From Syntrophorhabdaceae bacterium (lineage in GTDB: Bacteria; Desulfobacterota; Syntrophorhabdia; Syntrophorhabdales; Syntrophorhabdaceae): a stretch of 64,000 nt of DNA. The position numbers were made by a program, and so were the translations under genes. The notes below the pieces were generated by a model. The model was not told the DNA's origin. It did not search any database and saw nothing but the letters and a program-made list of their open reading frames with translations. Where the stretch lies: NCBI GenBank assembly GCA_963666485.2, contig CAXXUO010000004.1:237195-301194 (forward strand), given 5' to 3'. Position 1 is the stretch's first letter, and the number at the start of each line of letters is the position of its first letter. This document shows positions 10,056 through 20,400 of this stretch, piece after piece.

Positions 10056-11030
10056 TTAAAACCTTATCGCCAGCCCTCCCATAACCACGTCCGCGTCACG
10101 GTCGTTATCGGTTATGATGCGATGAAGTATCAGGCGGAGGCCGACATGCGGCGTGAACCGCACGGCCCCGGTGAGTGACATTGCTCCCAAAACTGCATCC
10201 CGATTGCTGTCCCCGTTGTCCCCGCTGTACCTGTCGTGTGAAAAATAGGGACCCGCGCCGATACCCAGTGCGATGCAGTCATGGAAGAACTCCCGTGCGA
10301 GCCATACCTCCGTCAGAATGCCATAACGGCCTACCGGCCTCTCGTTTCCCTCATGGAGATAGCCGATCGACCAATCCAGGTAACGGAATAGTTTTCTCCT
10401 GTACTCAACTGCCACCGGTGTAGACTCGCTATGGTCTATATTCAATGTCGTCCTTCCGATGTAGACATCGATCTCATTCTTTCCCGCGGTGAACGCATCC
10501 GAAGCTGATGTCTTTTCATCGCTGAGGAGGTAACCAACGCTGAACGTCAACCCGAGTGTGTCGAATTGATTGGAGGCATAAATATAATCCGCCCGCGTCT
10601 GCAGGATGACAGGGCTCAAACCGTACCACGTCGCCGCGATGCTCCCCACCGCTCCGACACCGTGTTTGATCTCTTTTTGATCATTTTCTCCGATCCTTGT
10701 GTCGGCGTACAGGTACGGTCCCGCCCCTGCCGCCATGGACAAGCGCGACTTTAACGGGGAGGTCCGCACCCATAACTGCGGGGTCAGCCCATCCCGCGCG
10801 TGATCGGGCACGTGCCCCTCGTTCAGATAGGTGATACTGAACATTGTGTTATCTGTAATTGCCTGTGAATACCCCCCGGCAGACCAATACGCGTGGGTAG
10901 TGCTGCTGCCCGTCGTGACGTCACGGCCGACACCGCCGCCCACGTAAAATATCTCCTCAGCCAAACAGGGGCCGGCCGGAAAGAGGACAATGAAGAGAAA
11001 TGCTGTGATCAATCTGTGGAATGTGTGCAC
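10056..11030 (-). CDS. Putative outer-membrane beta-barrel protein with internal duplication
   Basis: Signal-peptide-like N-terminus, amphipathic strands and C-terminal Phe (GLAIRF). Repeated YLNEGH..GAGPY and YLHEGN..GAGPY. Start uncertain (GTG 11030 or TTG 11072). Confidence 0.7.
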   Translation of the reverse strand: MHTFHRLITAFLFIVLFPAGPCLAEEIFYVGGGVGRDVTTGSSTTHAYWSAGGYSQAITDNTMFSITYLNEGHVPDHARDGLTPQLWVRTSPLKSRLSMAAGAGPYLYADTRIGENDQKEIKHGVGAVGSIAATWYGLSPVILQTRADYIYASNQFDTLGLTFSVGYLLSDEKTSASDAFTAGKNEIDVYIGRTTLNIDHSESTPVAVEYRRKLFRYLDWSIGYLHEGNERPVGRYGILTEVWLAREFFHDCIALGIGAGPYFSHDRYSGDNGDSNRDAVLGAMSLTGAVRFTPHVGLRLILHRIITDNDRDADVVMGGLAIRF

Positions 11031-11113
11031 AAATACAAGGCTAATGCAGGGGTTGGGGCATTTCTGTAGCAAAAACTACGATAATGCTGTCGTGAAAAAT
11101 AATGACAAAAGAG

Positions 11114-11320
11114 GGTTCAAGGTTCAAGGTTCAATGAAAGAAAAAAACAAAACCTTGGATCCCGGTGTCAAGCACCGGGATGACGGTAGAGAGTATGGGC
11201 CCCGGTGTCAAGGCACTGCAATTACCTCGCCCCGTCATCCCGGCGAAAGCCGGGATCCAGTGTCTTTTGCTTTTGGTTTACTTAGGGGAGCTTTGAACTT
11301 TGAACCTTGAACCTTGAACC
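11114..11320. repeat. Composite inverted repeat: (GGTTCAA)3 ... REP pair ... TTGAACT(TTGAACC)3
   Basis: Arms at 11114-11134 and 11293-11320; inverted CGTC-type palindromes at about 11155-11186 and 11232-11260. Confidence 0.9.
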
Positions 11321-11325
11321 ATTTT

Positions 11326-12318
11326 TTACGGTTTTCTTGCCTCTACCAGCCCATCCATCCTGTCACCGGTCCGCAACAGCCGTACGTTCCTGAACCCGGC
11401 CGCATGCAGATCTTTCTTTATCTCTTTGAACGTGTACGTATTCCCGCCCCGCGTGTTGACGAGCATGTTTATGGCAAAAAGGGTCCCGGGAACGGGAGTC
11501 GTCCGGTCCTCTTTCATAACATGGTCACGGATGAGTATTTTCCCGCCGGGAAGAAGGGCATTCAATGCCTTGCGGTAAAGCTCGACATTTTCCCGGGAAT
11601 CATTCTGGTGAATGATGGCCGACAGCAGGACGAGATCATGACCGCCGGGCAGGTCATCCTTGTAGAAATCACCTGCCGCCAAAGAGACGCGGCCGGTGAG
11701 GCCCTCCTTTTCCATCCGTGCACGGGCCATGGGGATGACGCCATCTCGGTCGAAGATGGTCGCTTGCAGTGACGGGTATTTCCGAAGAAAGGCTATCGTG
11801 TACGTTCCCGATGCGCCCCCGACATCCAGCAGTTTCTTACAGGGCCCGGCGTCATATGCGCCGACCAGTTCCTCTGAAAGGTCCCTGCCCACAACGTCCA
11901 TAGCGCCGATGAAGGCCTCGAGCGCCGCGGGTTCCATATGGTCCTCGTGCTTGCGTTTACCCCGCATTCCTTTCCTTACCATGGAAGAAAGGTCGCCCCA
12001 CGCATCCCAGACCCTGTTCATATGGAGCACCATGGGCAGGACGGATCCCGGGTGTTTGGACGACAGAAGTTCCCCCTTTTCGGTCAAAGAGTACATGCCG
12101 TCCTTTTTTCCGAGAAATCCGAGGCCGGCCAGTGCATCGAGCAATCTTTCGAGGGACCGCCTGTTGAAACCCGTTTGTTTGACCAACCCCGACAGTGTCG
12201 CGGGGGAACCGTCGAGATGCGTGAAGATATCGATCTCGGAACCGGTAAGAATGACCCTGCTCTTCATGAAACCGGTAATGTCGGACAGTAAAGCTGCGTG
12301 AGGCCCGTGATTTATCAT
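11326..12318 (-). CDS. SAM-dependent O-methyltransferase (dimerisation HTH + Methyltransf_2)
   Basis: LLDVGGASG, AGDF, LSAIIH and LLPGGKILI motifs; N-terminal winged-helix dimerisation region; SD AAGGA before ATG 12318. Confidence 0.9.
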   Translation of the reverse strand: MINHGPHAALLSDITGFMKSRVILTGSEIDIFTHLDGSPATLSGLVKQTGFNRRSLERLLDALAGLGFLGKKDGMYSLTEKGELLSSKHPGSVLPMVLHMNRVWDAWGDLSSMVRKGMRGKRKHEDHMEPAALEAFIGAMDVVGRDLSEELVGAYDAGPCKKLLDVGGASGTYTIAFLRKYPSLQATIFDRDGVIPMARARMEKEGLTGRVSLAAGDFYKDDLPGGHDLVLLSAIIHQNDSRENVELYRKALNALLPGGKILIRDHVMKEDRTTPVPGTLFAINMLVNTRGGNTYTFKEIKKDLHAAGFRNVRLLRTGDRMDGLVEARKP

Positions 12319-12369
12319 GATTCTTCCTTTTATTGTCACATTTCGCCGAGATATGCCCGGCGGCTTGAA

Positions 12370-12891
12370 CTAGCTCTGTCCCTGGTATATCGCCTTGAAC
12401 TCTTCGACAAGAAGAATGTTCAGGATGTCACGGACATTTTCGGGCGGCTGGCCATAAAAATGAAACTTCCCGTCGTTCGCCAGGAGACTGTACGTATGCT
12501 TTTTTACAGGATCATACAGGATGATTATCTGGCTTGCATCACACAGATGCGGCTTGCACGAGACGATCAGCACGAACTGCTGCTTGAACGCCTGGATCAT
12601 CCTGTTCTTGTTCGCCGCTGTACCGGTGAGCAGCCGGACCCATTCCTCGAACTTCCCTTCACGGGTCATTGCGGCGAACGATCTTTCGAATTCCTCCACC
12701 TTGAGCGTTTCCCAGGGGTACACGTCGTATTTCTTGTACTGGTCCGGAAAGGCGACGTATTCGATGACGACCTTGTTCTTGCCCTTCTTCGGCGCCGGGG
12801 CCTTGCCCTGTGACCCGGCAAGGTCAAAGCTGCCCGAAACGAGCAAGAATGCGACGATCGTGGCCAGGACAACGACTATCTTCTGTTTCAT
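12370..12891 (-). CDS. Exported Ivy-like (lysozyme/lytic transglycosylase inhibitor family) protein
   Basis: Signal peptide; CKPHLC loop resembling the Ivy CKPHDC motif, followed by a hydrophobic strand and a YG.P motif. Confidence 0.6.
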   Translation of the reverse strand: MKQKIVVVLATIVAFLLVSGSFDLAGSQGKAPAPKKGKNKVVIEYVAFPDQYKKYDVYPWETLKVEEFERSFAAMTREGKFEEWVRLLTGTAANKNRMIQAFKQQFVLIVSCKPHLCDASQIIILYDPVKKHTYSLLANDGKFHFYGQPPENVRDILNILLVEEFKAIYQGQS

Positions 12892-12921
12892 TACCGCCCC
12901 TTTTCCGGATGACTGTGGCCG

Positions 12922-13647
12922 TCACACATCGAGAAGATGCCCTTTTGACCTGAGCCATGCCTTGCTGTCCCTGTAAGACGGCAGCCTCGCTTCCACGTAA
13001 TCCCAGAATTTCCTCGAATGGTTCTTTATCTTTACGTGCGCAAGCTCATGGACAATGATGTAATCTATGATCCGATAGGGCGCCATCACGAGCCTGTAGC
13101 TGAAGGAAAGCCTGTTGTCGGATGAACATGAGCCATACCGCGTCCGGGCGCTTGTCACGCGTATGCCGTTAAAGGCGAGCCCCATGTCCCTCGCATAAAA
13201 AGCGACGCGTTCCGCAAAGATCTCACGCGCGCGCCTCTTGTACCACTCGACAAATATCTGCCTCACATCGGTGTTGTGGTCCCTGCGAAGAATGAACGCG
13301 CCATGGGAAAGGGCCAGCCGGGTCACGCGGTCCGGGGTTACTTGGAGCGGGTATTCCTCGCCGAGGTACAGGAATTTTTCCCCGGGTGCAAAACTCCTCG
13401 GCTCGTTCACATTCCTTCCCGACTCCCGGTATTCAATCAATTTTTTGTGGATCCACGGGACCTTGGAATTGAAAAACCGGTGGATCTCGTCCTTCGGGGT
13501 CCTGTCGGGGACCAAAATGACGACCGCCCCGCTGCGCTCCAGTTTCAGGGTCATCGTCCGTTTACGGTTCTTGCTGCGAACGACCCTGTAATTCAAGAAT
13601 TCTGTATCGCTAAAGAGAGAAGCCTGTTCCTCCACTTTCCCTCTCAT
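12922..13647 (-). CDS. YgjP/DUF45 family zinc metallohydrolase (often annotated as M48/SprT-like)
   Basis: RTRYGSCS and DYIIVHELAH..NHSRKFW. Confidence 0.9.
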   Translation of the reverse strand: MRGKVEEQASLFSDTEFLNYRVVRSKNRKRTMTLKLERSGAVVILVPDRTPKDEIHRFFNSKVPWIHKKLIEYRESGRNVNEPRSFAPGEKFLYLGEEYPLQVTPDRVTRLALSHGAFILRRDHNTDVRQIFVEWYKRRAREIFAERVAFYARDMGLAFNGIRVTSARTRYGSCSSDNRLSFSYRLVMAPYRIIDYIIVHELAHVKIKNHSRKFWDYVEARLPSYRDSKAWLRSKGHLLDV

Positions 13648-13667
13648 ATCCTTCCTGCCTTGAGTCG

Positions 13668-15050
13668 CTAGATCTCCAGTTCTTCGCCAAGATGGGGGAC
13701 ATACGTCGTCAGCCCCAGCCTTTCCCGGACGATCTGCTCAAATTCCAGGGCGACCGCTTCTTCACCGTGTACGATGTATACCTTCGGATTCGTTGTGAAG
13801 GTGCTCAACCATTCCAGCAGTTCACCCTGGTCCGCGTGGGCAGAGAATCCGCCGATCGTATGGACTTTCGCCCGTATCGCCATTTCCTCACCGAGAATAT
13901 ATGCCCTTTTCGACCCGTCGACAATGAGCCGGCCGAGCGTCCCGGGAACCTGGAAGCCGGTGAAGATGATGCTGCATTCCGGCCGCCAGATATTGTGCTT
14001 GAAATGGTGCCGTATCCTGCCGCCCTCGCACATTCCGCTGCCTGCAATGATAATGGCGCCTGACTTTATCTTGTTTATCTTCTGTGATTCCTCGATCGTG
14101 GTAGTAAAATGTATCTTCATCCCTTCCGCGCTCCTGAACTTGAACGCGTTGACAGCTTCGCCGTCGAAAAATTCCGGGTGCGACATATATATCTTCGTTG
14201 CCTTGTCGGCGAGCGGGCTGTCGATGTAGACGTCGAGGTCCTTGAGCCGGCCTTCCTTCACGAGCCTGTTCAGGATATACAGGACATCCTGTGTCCTCCC
14301 GACGGCAAAAGACGGCATCAACACGTTTCCCCCGTGCTTGAACGTGTCCTTGATCACCTGCGCCATTTCTTCGATGCTTGCCTCGAGGTCCTTGTGGAAA
14401 CGGTTGCCGTACGTGGATTCGACCACGACATAATCGGCCTCGGTGACGTGCTGCGGGTCCCGGATGATCGGGTTGCCGTTCTTCCCTATGTCCCCGGAAA
14501 AAACGATCTTCTTCTCTTTTCCCTTGTCCTTAAACCACAGCTCCAGGGTCGCCGAGCCCAGGATGTGGCCCGCATCGATGAGGCGGAATTTAACGCCGCC
14601 CGGCAATTCATGGACGGTGTCATAACCGTTGTGCTCAAAGTACGGAAGGCACGCCTTTACGTCGTCGGTCGTGTAGAGCGGTTCGAAGGTCTCGGTTTTT
14701 CCCGCCCTCAACGCCTTTTTCGTGTGCCATTCGGCATCTTTTTCCTGTATATGGGCCGAATCGAGAAGGATGATCTCGGCGAGCTCGGCCGTTGCGGACG
14801 TCGTTATTATCTTGCCCTTGAACCCTTCGGACACGAGCCGGGGGATAAGCCCGGAGTGATCGAGATGGGCGTGCGTAAGGAGCATAGTCTCCAGTTTGGC
14901 AGGCTCGAAACGGAACGGCTGCTCGTTCAGGACATCCGAGTGCCTTCCCTGGTTCATACCGCAGTCAACGATCATTTCCGTACCGTCCGTCACCAGTTCA
15001 AAACACGACCCGGTAACCTTCCTCGCCGCTCCCAAGAACCTGATCTTCAT
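13668..15050 (-). CDS. MBL-fold beta-CASP ribonuclease
   Basis: FLGAARKVTGSC, THAHLDHSG, AGHILGS, ESTYG, GSGMCEGGR, FSAHAD and VHGE motifs. Confidence 0.93.
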   Translation of the reverse strand: MKIRFLGAARKVTGSCFELVTDGTEMIVDCGMNQGRHSDVLNEQPFRFEPAKLETMLLTHAHLDHSGLIPRLVSEGFKGKIITTSATAELAEIILLDSAHIQEKDAEWHTKKALRAGKTETFEPLYTTDDVKACLPYFEHNGYDTVHELPGGVKFRLIDAGHILGSATLELWFKDKGKEKKIVFSGDIGKNGNPIIRDPQHVTEADYVVVESTYGNRFHKDLEASIEEMAQVIKDTFKHGGNVLMPSFAVGRTQDVLYILNRLVKEGRLKDLDVYIDSPLADKATKIYMSHPEFFDGEAVNAFKFRSAEGMKIHFTTTIEESQKINKIKSGAIIIAGSGMCEGGRIRHHFKHNIWRPECSIIFTGFQVPGTLGRLIVDGSKRAYILGEEMAIRAKVHTIGGFSAHADQGELLEWLSTFTTNPKVYIVHGEEAVALEFEQIVRERLGLTTYVPHLGEELEI

Positions 15051-15102
15051 TGTCACCCCGTTCTGATGAGTAGTCTGTCATTTAAAGGCTGAAAGTCATT
15101 TG

Positions 15103-15131
15103 ATTATACACAGGCGACCAATTCTTTACAA
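15103..15131 (-). promoter_or_regulatory. Putative sigma70 promoter of the beta-CASP operon
   Basis: Minus strand TTGTAA-17 nt-TATAAT. Confidence 0.6.
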
Positions 15132-15256
15132 GAATATAGAAGATCGGTACTGACCGCCGCACTATCCTCTTTTTTCCGTTCGTCGTCAGCCCTTAGCGGT
15201 TATATGCAAAATAAACGACTACCATGTCGTGAACGATCTGCGCCAGTTACCAATAT

Positions 15257-15378
15257 CGTCATTCCGGTGCTTGACACCGGGGCCCAAGGTTTTGTTTTTA
15301 CTCGGTTTTCCCGTATTAAGAGCAACATGAACAACATGGAAAAAACCTTGGATTCCGGTGTCGAGCACCGGAATGACG
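15257..15378. repeat. Inverted pair of CGTC-type REP-like palindromes
   Basis: CGTCATTCCGGTGCTTGACACCGGGGCCCAAGG (15257-15289) and CCTTGGATTCCGGTGTCGAGCACCGGAATGACG (15346-15378). Confidence 0.85.
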
Positions 15379-15436
15379 GCGGGGGGAAGGATGGAAAGTT
15401 GTTAAGGTACCTGGCCGCGGGATGACGGCGTATCAA

Positions 15437-15486
15437 CCGTTCGCCGTTCGCCGTTCGCCGTTCCTTTCGCCTTTCGCCGTTCGCCT
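15437..15486. repeat. Heptamer tandem array (CCGTTCG/CCTTTCG), single arm
   Basis: About 7 units ending 6 nt before a -35 box. Confidence 0.85.
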
Positions 15487-15492
15487 AACATC

Positions 15493-15521
15493 TTGCTTTT
15501 TTCCCAAAATCCCGTTATATT
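15493..15521 (+). promoter_or_regulatory. Putative sigma70 promoter of the riboswitch/GDT1 transcript
   Basis: TTGCTT-17 nt-TATATT immediately upstream of the aptamer. Confidence 0.6.
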
Positions 15522-15529
15522 TTGGCTGT

Positions 15530-15624
15530 TGTTTGAAGGGGAGTAGCTAACTTCAGGCAGGATCAACATACTGGGGAGACCCTGGTCCTGCCGTTGGTAA
15601 AAGCCAATAAGCGAGACCTTCAGC
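15530..15624 (+). ncRNA. yybP-ykoY manganese riboswitch
   Basis: Hallmarks AAGGGGAGTAGC ... ATCAACATAC ... GCGAGACCTT; P1 TGAAGG/CCTTCA; lies upstream of a TMEM165/GDT1 gene. Confidence 0.9.
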
Positions 15625-15651
15625 GGATCATCCGCTGAAGGTCTTTTTTTT
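15614..15651 (+). terminator. Intrinsic terminator (riboswitch expression platform)
   Basis: AGACCTTCAGCGGA-TCA-TCCGCTGAAGGTCT followed by a T-tract; its 5' arm overlaps the P1 3' strand. Confidence 0.88.
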
Positions 15652-15663
15652 AGGAGGAAATGC

Positions 15664-16356
15664 ATGGACGCCTACCTGGCATCGGTTATTTTCGTCGTTC
15701 TCGCTGAAATGGGTGACAAGACCCAGCTTCTCGCCATGGCCTTCGCATCGCGGTTCCGGTGGCAGACGGTGCTTGCCGGCGTTTTTGTGGCGACGCTCGT
15801 GAATCACTTCATGGCCGTCGTCGCAGGAAACTATATGACGCGGATCATTCCCCTGCAGTACATCCAGATAGCGGCCGCCGCGTCCTTCATACTGTTCGGG
15901 CTCTGGACGATCCGCGGAGATACGCTGGAAGGTGAGGACAAACGCTTCAATTTCAGCCCGTTCTGGACGGTCGCCGTCGCATTCTTCATTGCAGAGATGG
16001 GGGACAAGACCCAGCTGGCAACCGTTGCCCTGGCAACCAAGTACAACAGCATCATTGTCGTGTGGCTCGGGACTACCACCGCGATGGTTATTGCCGACGC
16101 ATTGGGAATCATCATCGGCATCGTCCTCGGGAAAAAGATACCGGAGCGGGCCGTCAAATGGTTTGCAGCGATCGTTTTCATACTGTTCGGGGTGATCGGG
16201 CTCAAGGAATACCTGCCCCCGAAACACCTCACGGTGCCCGTGATGGCTGCAGGCATCGCCTTTATCATCCTCCTCATGTTCCTCGTTGCGAAGATGACCG
16301 ATTCCAAAAAGAAGAGGCTGGCCGAAGAGGCGGTCCCGGTCGACCCGGACGAATGA
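15664..16356 (+). CDS. TMEM165/GDT1 (UPF0016) family Mn2+/Ca2+ transporter
   Basis: Two AEMGDKTQL motifs; multiple TM helices; SD AGGAGG. Confidence 0.95.
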   Translation: MDAYLASVIFVVLAEMGDKTQLLAMAFASRFRWQTVLAGVFVATLVNHFMAVVAGNYMTRIIPLQYIQIAAAASFILFGLWTIRGDTLEGEDKRFNFSPFWTVAVAFFIAEMGDKTQLATVALATKYNSIIVVWLGTTTAMVIADALGIIIGIVLGKKIPERAVKWFAAIVFILFGVIGLKEYLPPKHLTVPVMAAGIAFIILLMFLVAKMTDSKKKRLAEEAVPVDPDE

Positions 16357-16407
16357 CCCGGTGACGGGAAGCGAAATTCTTGATGAAATGGCGTGGATAA
16401 CGCTTTT

Positions 16408-16437
16408 TTGACTCGATAAAAGAGTGTATGGTATCCT
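16408..16437 (+). promoter_or_regulatory. Putative sigma70 promoter
   Basis: TTGACT-18 nt-TATCCT with a TGn extension. Confidence 0.45.
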
Positions 16438-16477
16438 TATTGTCACTGTTTTTTAACTACATGGGGGTAGGTGAAAA

Positions 16478-17476
16478 ATGAACACACGATGGAAAAGGAT
16501 ATTCGGGGTCGTGGTCCTTGGTATCGCCGTTTTTTTCCTTTCATGCATAATCCTTGAAACAGCTGCGGATGCACGGGCGGGGGGCGGCAGATCGTCGGGG
16601 AGCAGGGGCATCAGTTCCGGCAGCAGGAGTTCGGGTTCTACGTATAACAGTTCAACCCCGTACCGGAGCACGAATCCGCAGCAGCCGATGCCGCCGCAGC
16701 AAACCACCAGCCCGGGAAGGAGTTTCCTCTACGGTCTGGGAGGCGGACTTGCGGGCAGCATGATCGGCAGTCTGCTTTTCGGGCGCTCCGGCTATGGAAT
16801 GGGCGGCGGAATGGGGGGCGGCGGATTCGGTTTCGGCGATATCCTCATCCTCCTGATCATCGCGGGGGTCCTCTTCTGGGTCTACAGGCGGTACAAGGCA
16901 CGCAAGCAGATGGAAATGAGCACGTCGTCCGCAACCGGATACAATTCGTATGCGTACAACGAGCAACAGCCGGCGTACGATTACGGGAACCCGGCGTACA
17001 ACACCCAGCCGTCAGGCGATCCTGTCGGGGACGGCCTGCGCCATATCGGGGAAATGGACCCGACCTTCAACGCAGATGCATTCTGTGAAAAGGCCGAGGA
17101 CCTCTTCTTCAAGATCCAGGGAGGATGGACGCGGCGCGACCTGACGGCTATATCCGATCTCCTGACGACTCAGATGCGCGAGACATTCCAGGGGGACATC
17201 AACCGGTATATAGCGGATAAGAAGATAAACCGCCTGGAAAATATCGCCGTACGGAACGTCGAGATCGTGGATGCCGTTCAGGACCGGGGAGAAGAGTACA
17301 TCACGGTCCGCTACACGGCCAGCCTTCTCGATTTTACCACGGATGAATCGGGGAGCGTACTCTCCGGAAGTTCGACCGATCCCGTGAAGTTTCTCGAATA
17401 CTGGACATATACCCGCAGGGTCGGCGAACGCACCTGGAGGCTCTCGGGCATCACCCAGGAACAGGATTACAGATAA
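16478..17476 (+). CDS. Tim44 domain membrane protein
   Basis: ARAGGGRSSGSRG start; Gly-rich TM segments; C-terminal DPTFN..F..IQ..W..EYWTY..WRLSGITQ. Confidence 0.9.
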   Translation: MNTRWKRIFGVVVLGIAVFFLSCIILETAADARAGGGRSSGSRGISSGSRSSGSTYNSSTPYRSTNPQQPMPPQQTTSPGRSFLYGLGGGLAGSMIGSLLFGRSGYGMGGGMGGGGFGFGDILILLIIAGVLFWVYRRYKARKQMEMSTSSATGYNSYAYNEQQPAYDYGNPAYNTQPSGDPVGDGLRHIGEMDPTFNADAFCEKAEDLFFKIQGGWTRRDLTAISDLLTTQMRETFQGDINRYIADKKINRLENIAVRNVEIVDAVQDRGEEYITVRYTASLLDFTTDESGSVLSGSSTDPVKFLEYWTYTRRVGERTWRLSGITQEQDYR

Positions 17477-17485
17477 AACGATGAA

Positions 17486-20400
17486 ATGGCCGATGACCTG
17501 ACAGGCACTACAAGGCCGCACATAATCGCCGTCCGGTCATCGGCCGGTTCGGGCAAGACGTATCGCCTTGCCCGGCACTATCTTACAGTCCTTCTCGCCA
17601 GCGCCCTCTACGATGCTCCCCTGCAAACCCGCATGGCGAACATTGTCGCCATAACATTCACCAACAAAGCAGCCCAGGAGATGCGCACACGCATCATCGA
17701 CTGGATGAAGCGCATCATCCTCGATGTGCCTTTTGAAAATTCCACGGGGAAGCCCCTCGACGAGATCATGGACGATATACTGGAATTTCCCGGGGGCAGC
17801 GAGGGGAGCGGTGAGACAGGCTCTGCCGGCGCGGCCCGCAAGGTCAGGGATTACCTCATAGAGGCGATGGACCGCCGCTTTTCCGAGCTTCTTAACGATT
17901 TCGGACACTTCAATGTCGGCACGATAGACAGTTTCGTTAACCTCACGCTCAAGGCGTCCGCCATGCGGCTCAACCTGCCGCCTGACTTCGATGTCACCAC
18001 CGAGACCCAGGAGCTCATCGATGCCGCCCTCGATGAGGCCTTACGAAAGACCGGTGAGGATCCCCGGGTGCGGGCTGTTTTCGACAGGTTCCTCGAAAGC
18101 TACATTGACCTCGAAGGAGACCAGGCCGACTGGGTGCCGAAAGGGTCCCTGGCGTCGATGATAACGTCGCTTTGGAAAGAGGAAGCGCGGGAGAACAAGG
18201 ATTTTTTCGTCCCGCCGGTGAGCGCATACAACGCGCACCGCGTCGCACAGGCGGAAATAGCCAAAACCGCACGCCGTCTTCTCGATTCGTTCTCGGGACA
18301 GCAAGACCTGCGCCCCCACGCAAGCGTTGTGAAAGCTATCGAGAAGAGCCTTGCCGAACCGCTTGCCTCAAGCGCATATTTTCAACGCAGCCTCACGGGA
18401 TGCATGACGCAGAAGAGCTGCGCGCCGTGTGGTGAGGATAGTGCGCTCTGGGAGGCCCTGATAACCCTCAGGCGTACATATGCCGGGATAGTGTCCCTGT
18501 CGAAGTGCCTGCCGTACCTCGACGTGTTCGCGCTCTTCAAAAACATATTCACGTCGGAGGTATTGTCACGAAAGCGCGTCATCCCCATAGAGGAGCTGAA
18601 CCGGCTCCTCATTGCGATCATGGACCGCAGCGACTTCGTTCCGGAGATATGCTATACGCTTTCCGAGCAGTACCTTCACTTCCTGATCGATGAATTCCAG
18701 GACACAAGTTATCTCCAGTGGAAAAATATCGAGGTGCTTGCGGACGAGGCGTTAAGCCGCGGAGGCTCGCTTTTTCTCGTCGGGGACAAAAAACAGGCTA
18801 TCTACCGATGGCGCGGAGGCAGGGCCGACCTTATCGACACCGTAGAAGAGCGGTATAAAAGCTACGCTCCCCAGCATCTCGAGCTCGACACGAACTATCG
18901 CAGCGGCGAGCATATAGTCGACTTCAACAATGCCGTCTTCCGTGATGAAAACCTTGAGATCCTGGTAAAGGCCGCCCTCAAGGAATGCGAAGAAGACGAC
19001 ATACAAAGGATCATCGGCCCGTACCGTTCTTCAAAACAGAAATTTCTCGAGACGAAGCGCGGCACAGGATATGTATCCATCGAATACCTGGTGGGCGGCG
19101 ACGCTGAGGAAGGGTGCCCGGAGACCCTGACAAAAGAGGAGGCCGGCGCCATCGTCGAGGAAAGGGTCCGTCAGATCATCGGGGAGGTCCGCGACCGCCG
19201 TGCCTGCTCTGAGAAGGACATCGCGTTTCTTGTCAGGACACGCGAAGAAGCACGGACCATCGTCGAGGTCCTCCTTTCCATGGACGTCAGCGTTGAATCG
19301 GAATTTACCGTCAGCGTCAGGAACAATCCCCTTGTACGGGAGATTATCAGCCTCCTTAAATTCATCGACAGGCCCGACGATGACCTGTCGTTCGGCTCGT
19401 TCATAACGGGCAGGATATTTCCCCTGAGGGCCGGGACCGACAGGTCCGCGATGGTTGCATGGCTTACGGCAAAACGTATCTCCGGCACGCCGCGCCCGTT
19501 TTACCTCGACTTCAGGGTTGATCTCGCGGACCTCTACGACGACGGGTTCAGGAGATTTCTCGACCGTTCGGGGTACCTTCCGCTCTATGACCTTCTCGTC
19601 GAACTCATCAGGCACTGGGAGGTACTGGCGCGGTTTCCCGATGATATCCCCTATGTCCTCCATTTCTTGGAAGTCGTCAAAGACCTCGAGCAGCAAGGGA
19701 TATCCACGATAAAAGGCCTCACGGACCGCTTATCCGGCGGCCCTCTCGACCGGGAGGACGACGCCATATGGCTCCTTAATTCCCCCGAATCGCTGAGCGC
19801 CATAAAGGTCCTGACGATACACAAGGCAAAAGGGCTTCAATTCCCCGTCGTCATACTCCCTTTCCTGTCCCTGTCGCCATTCGGATCGCTCGGCGGCCCG
19901 GACAGGCAGCGCTTCTTTGAAACCGGAAGCGACGGCCTCACAATGCGTTATCTCAGGAAGGATTATATCGAGGCTTCGCCGGAACTTAAGGCTATTTACC
20001 GGTCGAAGGAACGGGAATACCTGGAGGACGAACTCAACAACCTGTACGTTGCGATGACAAGGGCCGAAGAAGAGCTCTACATCCTGCTCACCGAGAGGAA
20101 AGGGAAGAAGAACCACCTCGGGGATTACCTTTTCGCCATCCCGGAATTTGAGGCCTTCACATCCGGCAACCGGATCGCTATCGGCACCACAAATTCCGCC
20201 TCTCAGGACAACATCCCGCCCGCGGGGCCCGGTGAGGCCCTGTCGTTCACGGACCTTACCGGCGGCTCACGATGGGCCCTCGGCATCAAGACCGCATCAT
20301 CCGGCGCCGCGGGATACGGGACACGCTCCCTTCAGGCGAGAAAACTGGGCGATGCGGTGCACCGGGCCTTATCGCTCGTCGACACGCTTCCTGTCGATGA

